Origin: an uncultured Spirochaetota bacterium
Lineage (GTDB): Bacteria; Spirochaetota; Spirochaetia; SZUA-6; Fen-1364
Direction of reading: 5' to 3'
Assembly (NCBI GenBank): GCA_963734545.1
Contig: CAVTHO010000008.1
Location: 256,001 to 320,000, forward strand
DNA length: 64,000 nucleotides
Shown: one piece after another, positions 51,226 to 59,889 of the stretch
How positions within the stretch are numbered: the stretch's first letter is position 1
Layout: each line of letters begins with the position of its first letter
Made by a program: the position numbers and the translations under genes
Notes under the pieces: generated by a model
Told to the model about the DNA's origin: nothing
What the model saw: only the letters and a program-made list of their open reading frames with translations
The model's database searches: none

Positions 51226-52275
51226 ATGGAGACCCTGGAGTTGCGAAACCTGCCGAAGGTGGAGCTGCACCGGCACCTGGACGGGAGCGTGCGGGCAGGC
51301 ACCATCTGGGAGATCGCGCAGGAGCACGGCCTCGATCCGGGCTTCGCCTCGAAGGAAGAGCTGGAGCGCGGCGCCGTCATCAGCGCGCCCATGCAGGACC
51401 TGGACAGCGTCCTTGCCCGGTTCGCCACCCAGCAGGCCGTGCTGTGCTCCTTCGAGGCCATCAGCCGCGTCACGTTCGAGAACGTGGAGGACGCCTGGCG
51501 GGACGGGGTGACGCTCGTCGAGCTGCGCTTCGCGCCGTCCTACATCGCGCACGGCAAGAGCCTCTCGAACGACGAGATCATCGCCGGGGTGCTGGACGGC
51601 ATGCGCCGCGCAATGGCGGCCTGGCCCGTCGAGGTCGGCCTGATCGGCATCCTCCCCCGTCGTTTTCCGCTGGAGAAGAACAGGCAGGCCACCCGGGACC
51701 TGATCCGCTGGAAGATGAGCGGGGAGCCCGGCGCCGCGCGTATCTGCGGCTTCGACCTCGCGGACGGCGAGGCGGACTGTGACCCCGCGGTATTCGTGCC
51801 GCTGGTGGAGCAGGCGCGCAATGCGGGGATGGGCATCACCATCCACAGCGGCGAGGACACGGATGCGGCCCACGTGGCCCGGACCCTCGCGCTCTTCCAT
51901 CCTTCACGCATCGGTCACGGGATCCGAAGCTGGGGGAATGAAGAGGTCATGCGCCGCCTGATGGACGAGAACGTGCTGCTCGAGGTGAGCCCCACTTCGA
52001 ACTGGATCACCAGCGCCGTGCCGTCCCTGTCCGCTCATCCCCTGCCGGGGCTCTTCCGCGCAGGGGTGCCTGTGTGCATCAACTCGGACGATCCGAATCT
52101 CTTCGGCATCGACCTCGTCCACGAATACGAGCTGTGCGCGCGTGAGTTCCAGTTCGGCGAGCATGAGTTCAGGGTCATGAACCGGGCCGCTGCGCAGCAC
52201 TCGTTTCTGCCGGAGGAGACGAAGAGGCGCGTGGCCGAGACACTGCAGGCGGCTGCGCGGAGGGTGCGGCCGTAA
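51226..52275 (+). CDS. add: Adenosine deaminase
   Basis: PKVELHRHLDGS, ELRFAP, TIHSGE, RIGHG, PTSN, NSDDP. Confidence 0.93.
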   Translation: METLELRNLPKVELHRHLDGSVRAGTIWEIAQEHGLDPGFASKEELERGAVISAPMQDLDSVLARFATQQAVLCSFEAISRVTFENVEDAWRDGVTLVELRFAPSYIAHGKSLSNDEIIAGVLDGMRRAMAAWPVEVGLIGILPRRFPLEKNRQATRDLIRWKMSGEPGAARICGFDLADGEADCDPAVFVPLVEQARNAGMGITIHSGEDTDAAHVARTLALFHPSRIGHGIRSWGNEEVMRRLMDENVLLEVSPTSNWITSAVPSLSAHPLPGLFRAGVPVCINSDDPNLFGIDLVHEYELCAREFQFGEHEFRVMNRAAAQHSFLPEETKRRVAETLQAAARRVRP

Positions 52276-52293
52276 CCCCGCGCGGTACGAGCG

Positions 52294-53139
52294 TCAATCC
52301 TCCCTGGCCAGTCCCTTGCCCCAGATTCTTTCGATCGTGAGCGGTGCGCTGCCCTCGTAGTGATTGTTCACGTTCAGATACACGGTGAGACTCCGGCCCC
52401 GCATGTCCCTGATCATCTCGACGACCTGTGACAGCTCGTCGTCCTTCGGGGCGACGATGCTGTGCCAGCTCTCCCCCGTCGCCTGCTCGATCCCCTCCCT
52501 GTCGGGCCCGTGCAGCCGCACAACAGCGGCACTGCGCAGCAGGTGCCCGCACTTCCGGTATGTCTCCACGATCGGCGGCATGTGGTAGCCCTGCAGGAAA
52601 ACGTGGCTGAGCCCCCTGTCGGAGAGAAACCTGAAGTACCGCTGGTCCAGCCACCGGGGATTGCGCGGCTCGACGGCGCAGGGAATCGAACGAGGTACAG
52701 CGTCGAAAAAGGGTCCGAGCCGGGCCAGGAACTCCGCCTGGGTCGGCATCTTCTGCGTGTTGAGATACTCGAACTGGAGCATGAGCATTCCGATCTTCCC
52801 GCGCAGCGGCTCGAGCAGGCCGAGAACTTCCTCGAACAGCCGCGGAGAGAGGAAGTCCGGGTTCGGACGCGACTGGGTCTCCCCTTTTGTCCTGCGCAGG
52901 TGCGTCAGCGTGAGCATATTGGGGAGCTTGATGGTGAACTGGAAATTGTCAGGAGTCGCGGCGGCGTAAGCAGCAGCGACCTTCGGGTCGGGAAGCGCAT
53001 AGAACCATTGGTCGACCTCCACGGTGGTGTATTTCCGCGCGTACTCGGCCAGGTAGTCGATGCCTGCCGCGCGGGAGTACACCAATCCTTTCCACGACGG
53101 ATACTTCCAGCTGCACGTTCCCACCCTGAGTCCCTGCAT
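52294..53139 (-). CDS. DUF72 family protein
   Basis: GTCSWKYPSW, VEVDQWFY, LTH, VEPR, RLHG, NNHYEGSA. Confidence 0.92.
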   Translation of the reverse strand: MQGLRVGTCSWKYPSWKGLVYSRAAGIDYLAEYARKYTTVEVDQWFYALPDPKVAAAYAAATPDNFQFTIKLPNMLTLTHLRRTKGETQSRPNPDFLSPRLFEEVLGLLEPLRGKIGMLMLQFEYLNTQKMPTQAEFLARLGPFFDAVPRSIPCAVEPRNPRWLDQRYFRFLSDRGLSHVFLQGYHMPPIVETYRKCGHLLRSAAVVRLHGPDREGIEQATGESWHSIVAPKDDELSQVVEMIRDMRGRSLTVYLNVNNHYEGSAPLTIERIWGKGLARED

Positions 53140-53184
53140 GCGGACAGTATAGCAGACCCGCACGCTCGCGGATGCAAACCTGCA

Positions 53185-53234
53185 AATCGCGCAAGCTCGC
53201 GCGCGTGCTCAATCGCGCAAGCTCGCGCGCGTGC
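53185..53234. repeat. Exact 24-bp direct repeat (period 26) in a divergent intergenic region
   Basis: aatcgcgcaagctcgcgcgcgtgc at 53185 and 53211. Confidence 0.85.
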
Positions 53235-53281
53235 GGGATACCATGGATTTGACGCGCGATATCAGCTAATATTGCGGTGCC

Positions 53282-56269
53282 GTGAAAAAGAAAAAAGCCG
53301 TTGTCACCACTCTTCGCCAGGCTCTGTCCTACGAACCGGTGGAGCTCGCGTTTGGAACCAGCGGATTGCGCGGGCGGGTGAGTGACATCACCAGCCTGGA
53401 GGCGTACGTGAACACCAGGGGGTTTCTCACGCGGCTTCTCGAGACGGGTGATATCGCCCGGGGGAACACGGTGTTCGTTTCCGGTGATCTGCGGCCGAGC
53501 ACCGACACGCTCGTGGCGGAAGAGGGCTCGCGCGGAGAAATTCTCCAGGCCGTGTGCCGGGCCATCGCGGATTCGGATCTCGCGGCAGGCTACGTGGGCA
53601 GGGTCCCCACGCCCGCTCTCGTGCTCCACGCCATGAAACGCGGGGCCGCGTGCGTCATGGTGACCGGAAGCCACATCCCCTTCGACAGGAACGGCATCAA
53701 GCTCAACAAGCCCTCGGGGGAGCTGCGGAAGCATGACGAAGCCCCGATCCTCGCCGCGGTGAAGAAGGTACGCGACGAAGAATACGCCCGCCCGCTGGAC
53801 GAGAGCCTCTTCGATGAGCAGGGCATGCTGCGCGAGCAGGGCGCGCTTCCGGAACAAGCCACCGGGGCCGCGGAAGAGTACGCGCAGCGCTACACCGCAG
53901 CCTTCCCGCGGGGCGTCCTGGCGGGCAGGAAAATCCTCGTGTGGCAGCACTCCGCGGTGGGCCGGGACCTCGTGGTGAAGATACTGGCAGACCTTGGCGC
54001 CGAGCCGGTTCCCGCCGGGAGGAGCGACTCGTTCATGGCCGTGGACACCGAGGCGGTGAACGACCAGATGGTGCAGGACATCCAGGCGCTCGTGGATGCG
54101 CACGGGAGTGCCTCGATCGCCGCGGTCGTATCGACCGACGGTGACAGTGACCGGCCGCTCGTCCTGTCGGTGGACAACGGCAGGGTGCGCTTCTTTCCCG
54201 GCGACCTGCTCGGCCTGGTTGCCGCGGACTACCTGGGCGCCGGTCATATCGCGGTCCCCGTCAGCGTGAGCGATGCGATCGATCTGCACCTCGGGCCCCG
54301 GCATGTGGTCACGGTCCGGACAAAGATCGGCTCACCCCATGTCATCGCTGCCATGAAGGAAGTCGGCTGGGAGGGAAACGGCGGATTTCTCACGGCGGCC
54401 CCCGTGCGCATTCCGGAAGGCGGCGTGCTGGAGCCGCTTCCCACACGCGACGCGATGCTTCCCATTCTCGCGGCCCTGTACGCCTCCCTCGGCCGCGGAA
54501 AAAGCCTGGGTGCGCTCCTCGATTCTCTTCCCAGGCGGTTCGGAAAGACCGCGCTCGTGCGCGACTTTCCCATGGACGCGGGAAAGGAGATCGTGACGTG
54601 GCTTTCTCCCACCGATCCCTCTGTCCTCGAAGCGCGCTTTGCCTCCGCGGGAATCAGCGTGAAGACGCAGGAGGGCGAGGAGCGCGGGCTCGCAGCGGGA
54701 GATCCGCTGGCGGAAGAGCTCGCCGGAATACGCAGCCGGCTGCAGAGGTACTTTTCCCCGGACGGATTTGGCGAAGTGACCTGGATCAACTGGCGTGACG
54801 GCGTGCGCGTCGGGTTCGACAACGACGAGGTGGCGCATGTGCGGCCGTCGGGCAACGCGCCTGAAATGCGCTTCTACGCCATCGCGGACACCGAGGAACG
54901 GGCGAGCTCCATTTCGACGGGTGCCGTTGGTGAGGACGGGCTCCTGCATCGCATGAGGCAGGACTCCAGCGAGCGCAGCGCCATTGCCGGCATCCGTGTG
55001 TCCCCCCGGGCGCTCACCCTCCGCCCTGCCGTCCAGCATTACGAGTGGGGAGGGTACGAGTTCATTCCCGGCCTGCTGGGCGTGCAGAACACGGAGCGCC
55101 GTCCGTTCGCAGAGCTGTGGATGGGGACCCATCCGCGCGGGCCCGCGCGGGCGGAGATCGACGGAACCCTCCTCTCGCTGGACAGGCTGATTGCCGCCGA
55201 GCCATGGCAGATCCTCGGCACCGATGTCGCGCTTCGTTTTGCGGGCCGGCTGCCCTACCTTTTCAAGGTGCTCGACGTGCGGATCATGGCGTCTCTCCAG
55301 GCGCATCCGTCCAAGGGCCAGGCGGCAGAGGGCTTTGCGCGGGAGAACGCGGCCGGCATACCCCTGGACTCCCCCGAGCGAAACTACAGGGATGAAAACC
55401 ACAAGCCCGAGGTGCACGTGGTCCTCACGGATTTCTGGATGCTGCACGGATTCCGGCCCCTGGAGGAGATCTCCGAGGCGCTCACCGCGGAACCCGAGCT
55501 CAGCGGCATCATGCCGAGCTTCGACGAAAAGCTGAGCGCATCCCACGGGGACCCGGCAGGCAGATCGGCGCTCCTGCGCGAGCTCTACGCGCGGGTGATG
55601 ACAATGGCGCAGGCAGAGGTGGATGCGATCCTGACACCGCTCATTGCCCGGCTGGAGGCGGCGGAGAACCAGGGGGCACTGCGCAGGAACAGCCACGGGT
55701 TCTGGGCCCTGCGGGCCGCGCGGACATTTCCGCTGCCCGGAGGCCACGGTGACCGGGGGATCATTTCCATGTACCTGCTCAATCTGCTGGAGCTGAAGCC
55801 GGGGCAGGGCAGCTACCAGCCCGCCGGCACGCTCCACGCCTACCTGGAAGGCGCGGACGTGGAGCTCATGGCCAGCTCCGACAATGTGCTTCGGGGCGGT
55901 CTGACCCCCAAGTACGTGGACGTTCCCGAGCTCCTGGCCACTCTCTCGTTCACTGACGGCCGCCCGCCGATCCTCGAGGGACGCGCCGCATCCGAGACGG
56001 GACGCGAATACGAAACCCCGGCAGAGGAGTTTGCGCTGGAGAGGATCGAGATCTCCCCGGGCACGCCCTATTCGGGCGGAAGGGACCACAGCGCGGATTG
56101 TCTCATCGTGATCGAAGGCGCGGCGGCGGTGATCGCGGGCGGGCGCACGGTCATGCTCCCCCGCGGCGGGGCGGCAATGGTGCCAGCCGCTCTTCCCTAC
56201 TCGATCGCGGCCCGGTCCCCGCGCGCGGTCCTCTTCAAGGCGGGTGTGCCACTCCGCGAGGGTGCGTAA
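53282..56269 (+). CDS. Phosphomannomutase - class I mannose-6-phosphate isomerase fusion
   Basis: N-half FGTSGLRG, VTGSHIP, TDGDSDR, VRPSGNAPE; C-half QHYEWG, WMGTHP, SLQAHP, DENHKPE, HAYL, SSDNVLRGGLT. Confidence 0.9.
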   Translation: MKKKKAVVTTLRQALSYEPVELAFGTSGLRGRVSDITSLEAYVNTRGFLTRLLETGDIARGNTVFVSGDLRPSTDTLVAEEGSRGEILQAVCRAIADSDLAAGYVGRVPTPALVLHAMKRGAACVMVTGSHIPFDRNGIKLNKPSGELRKHDEAPILAAVKKVRDEEYARPLDESLFDEQGMLREQGALPEQATGAAEEYAQRYTAAFPRGVLAGRKILVWQHSAVGRDLVVKILADLGAEPVPAGRSDSFMAVDTEAVNDQMVQDIQALVDAHGSASIAAVVSTDGDSDRPLVLSVDNGRVRFFPGDLLGLVAADYLGAGHIAVPVSVSDAIDLHLGPRHVVTVRTKIGSPHVIAAMKEVGWEGNGGFLTAAPVRIPEGGVLEPLPTRDAMLPILAALYASLGRGKSLGALLDSLPRRFGKTALVRDFPMDAGKEIVTWLSPTDPSVLEARFASAGISVKTQEGEERGLAAGDPLAEELAGIRSRLQRYFSPDGFGEVTWINWRDGVRVGFDNDEVAHVRPSGNAPEMRFYAIADTEERASSISTGAVGEDGLLHRMRQDSSERSAIAGIRVSPRALTLRPAVQHYEWGGYEFIPGLLGVQNTERRPFAELWMGTHPRGPARAEIDGTLLSLDRLIAAEPWQILGTDVALRFAGRLPYLFKVLDVRIMASLQAHPSKGQAAEGFARENAAGIPLDSPERNYRDENHKPEVHVVLTDFWMLHGFRPLEEISEALTAEPELSGIMPSFDEKLSASHGDPAGRSALLRELYARVMTMAQAEVDAILTPLIARLEAAENQGALRRNSHGFWALRAARTFPLPGGHGDRGIISMYLLNLLELKPGQGSYQPAGTLHAYLEGADVELMASSDNVLRGGLTPKYVDVPELLATLSFTDGRPPILEGRAASETGREYETPAEEFALERIEISPGTPYSGGRDHSADCLIVIEGAAAVIAGGRTVMLPRGGAAMVPAALPYSIAARSPRAVLFKAGVPLREGA

Positions 56270-56290
56270 GGGCCACGAGCGGCGGAAGCC

Positions 56291-57385
56291 TCAGACGTAG
56301 TCCGGGCCGAATCGCTCCGCGGCAAGCGCGTGCAGCCTTTTCAGGTCTTCCGCCCTGTCCTTCCTGCAGACGAGCGTCGCCGTGGGGGTGTGCACGATCA
56401 CGAGGTCCTCACAGCCAAGGGCGGCAATGAGGTGGGCAGGATCGCTCGAGGAGACGAGCGTCCCCGTGGTGTCCAGGAGCAGTGATCTCTCGGCGCCCAG
56501 CGCATTGCCGCTCTCGTCCCTGGGGCACGTCTCCGCGAACGCGGGCCATGAGCCGATATCCATCCATGAAACAGCCATGGGAACGGCTGCCACCTTGAGG
56601 AGGGGGTCGCGGGATGCCTTCTCCATGACGGCAAAATCAACGCTGCTCTTCTTCAACGTCGGGTAGACGGCCGCGATAGTCGACGCGAATCGCGCCGAGC
56701 CCCACGCATCCGCGATGCGGGAAACGCTCTCGAATACGGCAGGCTCGTATCTTCTGACGCACTCCAGAAACACGCGGGCCTTCCAGACGAACATGCCGCT
56801 GTTCCAGAGGTAGTGATCCGGACCCTCGGCCACCCAGCGTTCCGCGGTGGCCCTGTCCGGCTTTTCCCGGAACTCGACCACGATGCGGGACTCCCCGAGG
56901 AAGACCGGGCCCATGTGCAGGTACCCGTAGCCGGTTGCGGCGGAAGAAGGCGTGATGCCGAATGTGACAAGAACCTGTCCTCCCTGCTCGGCGATATCGT
57001 ATCCGCGCGCCACTATCCGGCGGAACACTTCGTCAGGCTCGATGAGGTGATCAGCAGTGAACACGCCGATCGTCGCGTCCGGGTCGCGCCTGGCGATCAC
57101 GGCCGCCGCATACGCAAGGGCGGCGAGAGTGTCCCGTCCCGCGGGCTCGCCCAGGAATTCCTCCTGCCCGAGTCCGGGCAGCTCTTCGAGAATGGCCCGG
57201 CGATGCGATTCTCCCGCGCACACGAGGCACCTGCCGTCTTCTACAAGGCCTTGCAGCCGGTTGTGGGCGAGGGTGAGGAGGCTTTTGCCCCGAATGAAAG
57301 GAACGAGCTGTTTGGGCATGGCCGTCCGGCTCATGGGCCACAGCCTGGTGCCGGAACCGCCGGCGAGGATCAACGCGAACCTCAT
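56291..57385 (-). CDS. manC: Mannose-1-phosphate guanylyltransferase
   Basis: LAGGSGTRLWPMSR..PKQ, EPAGRDT, ADH, TGYGY, EKP, WNSGMF, WMDIGSW. Confidence 0.93.
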   Translation of the reverse strand: MRFALILAGGSGTRLWPMSRTAMPKQLVPFIRGKSLLTLAHNRLQGLVEDGRCLVCAGESHRRAILEELPGLGQEEFLGEPAGRDTLAALAYAAAVIARRDPDATIGVFTADHLIEPDEVFRRIVARGYDIAEQGGQVLVTFGITPSSAATGYGYLHMGPVFLGESRIVVEFREKPDRATAERWVAEGPDHYLWNSGMFVWKARVFLECVRRYEPAVFESVSRIADAWGSARFASTIAAVYPTLKKSSVDFAVMEKASRDPLLKVAAVPMAVSWMDIGSWPAFAETCPRDESGNALGAERSLLLDTTGTLVSSSDPAHLIAALGCEDLVIVHTPTATLVCRKDRAEDLKRLHALAAERFGPDYV

Positions 57386-57469
57386 CCCGGTACGATAGCA
57401 GGCTGGACATCCCATGTACATCACGGGCGCGCCCGTGCGCCGGACACGGCTATCGAGGCCCGGGCATTG

Positions 57470-57513
57470 CTACCTGAATGTAGGAAGAAAAATAAATGGC
57501 TACAGAAATGTAG
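57470..57513. promoter_or_regulatory. Tandem palindromic enhancer sites
   Basis: CTACCTGAATGTAG (57470-57483) and CTACAGAAATGTAG (57500-57513), 30 bp apart. Confidence 0.6.
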
Positions 57514-57575
57514 TTTCTTATCGGCTACCCGATCATAAAAGCCATCAAAATGCGGGAAAATCGCAGAATCCTGCA

Positions 57576-57591
57576 TGGCACGCCAATTGCA
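57576..57591 (+). promoter_or_regulatory. sigma54 (-24/-12) promoter
   Basis: TGGCACG-CCAA-TTGCA, a consensus match 40 bp before the P-II ATG. Confidence 0.85.
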
Positions 57592-57631
57592 TGATCAATC
57601 ACATTGTCCGCAAGGGCAGAGGGAGAAATCT

Positions 57632-58009
57632 ATGACCCGAAAAATCGAGGCGATCCTCAGGGAGGAATCGCTTGATGCGGTGAAAGACGCCCTGCACGAG
57701 ATCGGCATCGTGGGCATGAATGTCTTCGAGATACGCGGTCACGGGCGGCAAGGGGGAATCGAGATGTCCTGGCGGGGCACTTCGTACAGGATGGACCTGA
57801 TTCCCAAGATTCAGCTCAACATCATCCTCAGCGACCACAACGTGGAAAAAGCCATCGAGGCGATTTCCAGGGCCGCGCGGTCCGGCAAGGAAGGTGACGG
57901 CATCATCTTCATCTACCCGGTGGAGGACGTGGTGCGCATCCGCACCGGTGAGCGCGGCCACGACGCCATCATGTATCCCGACGACATCGACACGAGGCAG
58001 CCGAAATAG
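57632..58009 (+). CDS. P-II nitrogen regulatory protein (GlnB/GlnK family)
   Basis: KIEAILR, GHGRQGG, PKI, GKEGDGIIF..VRIRTGERG. Confidence 0.93.
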   Translation: MTRKIEAILREESLDAVKDALHEIGIVGMNVFEIRGHGRQGGIEMSWRGTSYRMDLIPKIQLNIILSDHNVEKAIEAISRAARSGKEGDGIIFIYPVEDVVRIRTGERGHDAIMYPDDIDTRQPK

Positions 58010-58015
58010 CGGGCC

Positions 58016-59452
58016 TCAGGAGCCGGGGGCACGCGCGCGGGCGGCCGCAAGCTCGAGGGCCCGCCCCGTCATGCGGCGCACGTCCTGCAGGGAGGTGTCG
58101 GGATTCATGAACGCGGCGCGCAGGTAGCGTCTGCCGTCCAGCTCGGCGGTGGAAAGATAGAAGCTGCCTTCGGCGATGAGCGCGTCCCGCACGGCAATCT
58201 GCAGCGCGTCGTCCCCGCGGATGCGGAAGCAGAGGATATTCGCCTCCGGCGGCACGGGACATTCGAGCTCGGGAAGGGAGACGAGGTACGCATGCGCCTC
58301 CTGCGCAAGCGCGAACTGCCTTTCGACGTACCGGGCAAGTCCCTGCTCGCCCAGGGATGCGAGCACGGCAAAGAAACGCAGGCCGAGAGCGGCCTTGGTG
58401 CATTCCACCGTGCGGTGAATGAAATCCACCCCCGGCTGCTCCTTGTCATGAAACAGATAGCTCGCCTCCTGCTGGAACGCCCCATCGAGCATTCGCGCGT
58501 CGCGGACAAGGACCGCCGCGCAGAGCGTCGGCGTGCGCATGAGCTTGTGCGCATCCCATACCAGGGAGTCCGCGGCCTCCACGCCTCGCAGAAGCCCGCG
58601 ATGCCGTTTGCTCAGGAGCGCGCTCGCACCGTGCGCGCCGTCCACGTGCAGCCAGACGCCGTGCGCGCGGCAGGCCTGCGCGATTTCCGTCAGCGGATCG
58701 TAGAGACCGACCGCGGTGCTGCACGCGTTGGCTACAAGCGCCATCGGCCTCCGTGCGTCCGCTTCCACGCGGGCAAACGCGGCCGGGATCCGGTCCGGGA
58801 CCACCCTGCCATGGGCGTCCACCTCCAGGGAATACAGAGCGTCCCTGCCGATACCAAGCAGCCCCGCAGCCCGGGCGATCGAGTAGTGGGACTCTGCCGG
58901 TGCCAGCACGGCGAGGTCCCCCGGCGACCCCTTCTCCCATGAATCGGGTGCCAGGTGTGTCCGCGCGGCAAGCAGTGCCGTGAGATTTGCCAGGGACCCA
59001 CCATGGGTCAGAACTCCCCCCGCGTGGGCTCCCGTGCCGCTGCTTTCCCGCGGATAGGGGGCGGGGATCCAGCCCACTTTCTCGATCATCCAGTTCAGCA
59101 CAAAGAACTCGATCGCCGCGGCCGCCGGTCCCATCTCGTAGATGGCCATGGCATTGTTGGTGAACCCGTCCACCAGGGCAGCGAGGGCGCCCGCATACGC
59201 GGGCACGGCTACCTGGTGCGCCATGTAGGCAGGATGGTGGAGGCGCGTGCTGGATTCGAGATACCGGTCCATGAAGCGTGAGAGTTTCCTCCCTCGCAGA
59301 CCGCCGTGTCTCGTGAAGTCCTTCAGGCCCAGCGCGGCAACGATGTCCTCGATGGGCGCCTGGGAAATCACGCGGCTTCTCCCCTTTACGGAAAGACGGT
59401 GGAACCGGTCCAGCGCCCTGGTCACTATCCGTGCATCGGAGAGGAAGCTCAT
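58016..59452 (-). CDS. Group II PLP-dependent amino-acid decarboxylase
   Basis: HHPAYMAHQ, GGSLANL, SHYSI, WLHVDGAHG, WDAHK. Confidence 0.9.
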   Translation of the reverse strand: MSFLSDARIVTRALDRFHRLSVKGRSRVISQAPIEDIVAALGLKDFTRHGGLRGRKLSRFMDRYLESSTRLHHPAYMAHQVAVPAYAGALAALVDGFTNNAMAIYEMGPAAAAIEFFVLNWMIEKVGWIPAPYPRESSGTGAHAGGVLTHGGSLANLTALLAARTHLAPDSWEKGSPGDLAVLAPAESHYSIARAAGLLGIGRDALYSLEVDAHGRVVPDRIPAAFARVEADARRPMALVANACSTAVGLYDPLTEIAQACRAHGVWLHVDGAHGASALLSKRHRGLLRGVEAADSLVWDAHKLMRTPTLCAAVLVRDARMLDGAFQQEASYLFHDKEQPGVDFIHRTVECTKAALGLRFFAVLASLGEQGLARYVERQFALAQEAHAYLVSLPELECPVPPEANILCFRIRGDDALQIAVRDALIAEGSFYLSTAELDGRRYLRAAFMNPDTSLQDVRRMTGRALELAAARARAPGS

Positions 59453-59583
59453 GCCGTACCTGCTCTCGTCGGCAGCGCGATGCTGACCACGATCACATCG
59501 AGGACCGACATCAGGACGCCCGCCAGGACAATGACGAGGATGACGTACGTGTGAGTGCGGTGAGCGGGGGAAGCCGTGTTCAT
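59449..59583 (-). pseudogene. 44-aa remnant of a DHA2/EmrB-type MFS transporter (TM1 only)
   Basis: CAGGAGG RBS; MNTASPAHRTHTYVILVIVLAGVLMSVLDVIVVSIALPTRAGTA*; LD..VV.IALP matches DHA2 motif D1. Confidence 0.6.
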
Positions 59584-59889
59584 GGGCCTCCTGTATACCA
59601 CCGGAAGACGAGGCAGTCAAACGCAGGATCAGCCGACCGCGCAAGTCGGCGGCCACTTCCGCGATTTTGCGCTTGCGCCGCGCGCCAAAACAGAATATTC
59701 TGCTTTTCGTATAGTCTAGAGATCATGTTGCGCATCGATTCCCGTTGAAAGCCTCGGCACTGACAAATGCGAACTGGCCGAGTTCCAACGGCTGAGCACG
59801 GGCGATGCTCGAGGAGGCCCAGTATGGCGAACTCGTTCCATGACGCCCTGCCCGAAAGCATGACCGGTGACAGCGCTGCCCGGGGAACA

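Noticed and set aside
52949-56089. Long antisense and alternate-frame ORFs (for example 54332-56089, 33823-35457, 60424-62067)
   Set aside because: Shadow ORFs opposite well-supported genes, typical of high-GC DNA; no motifs recognised.
59729-59810. Hairpins upstream of the TPR/transglutaminase gene as a riboswitch
   Set aside because: Stems are short and expected by chance at this GC content; no known aptamer motif recognised.
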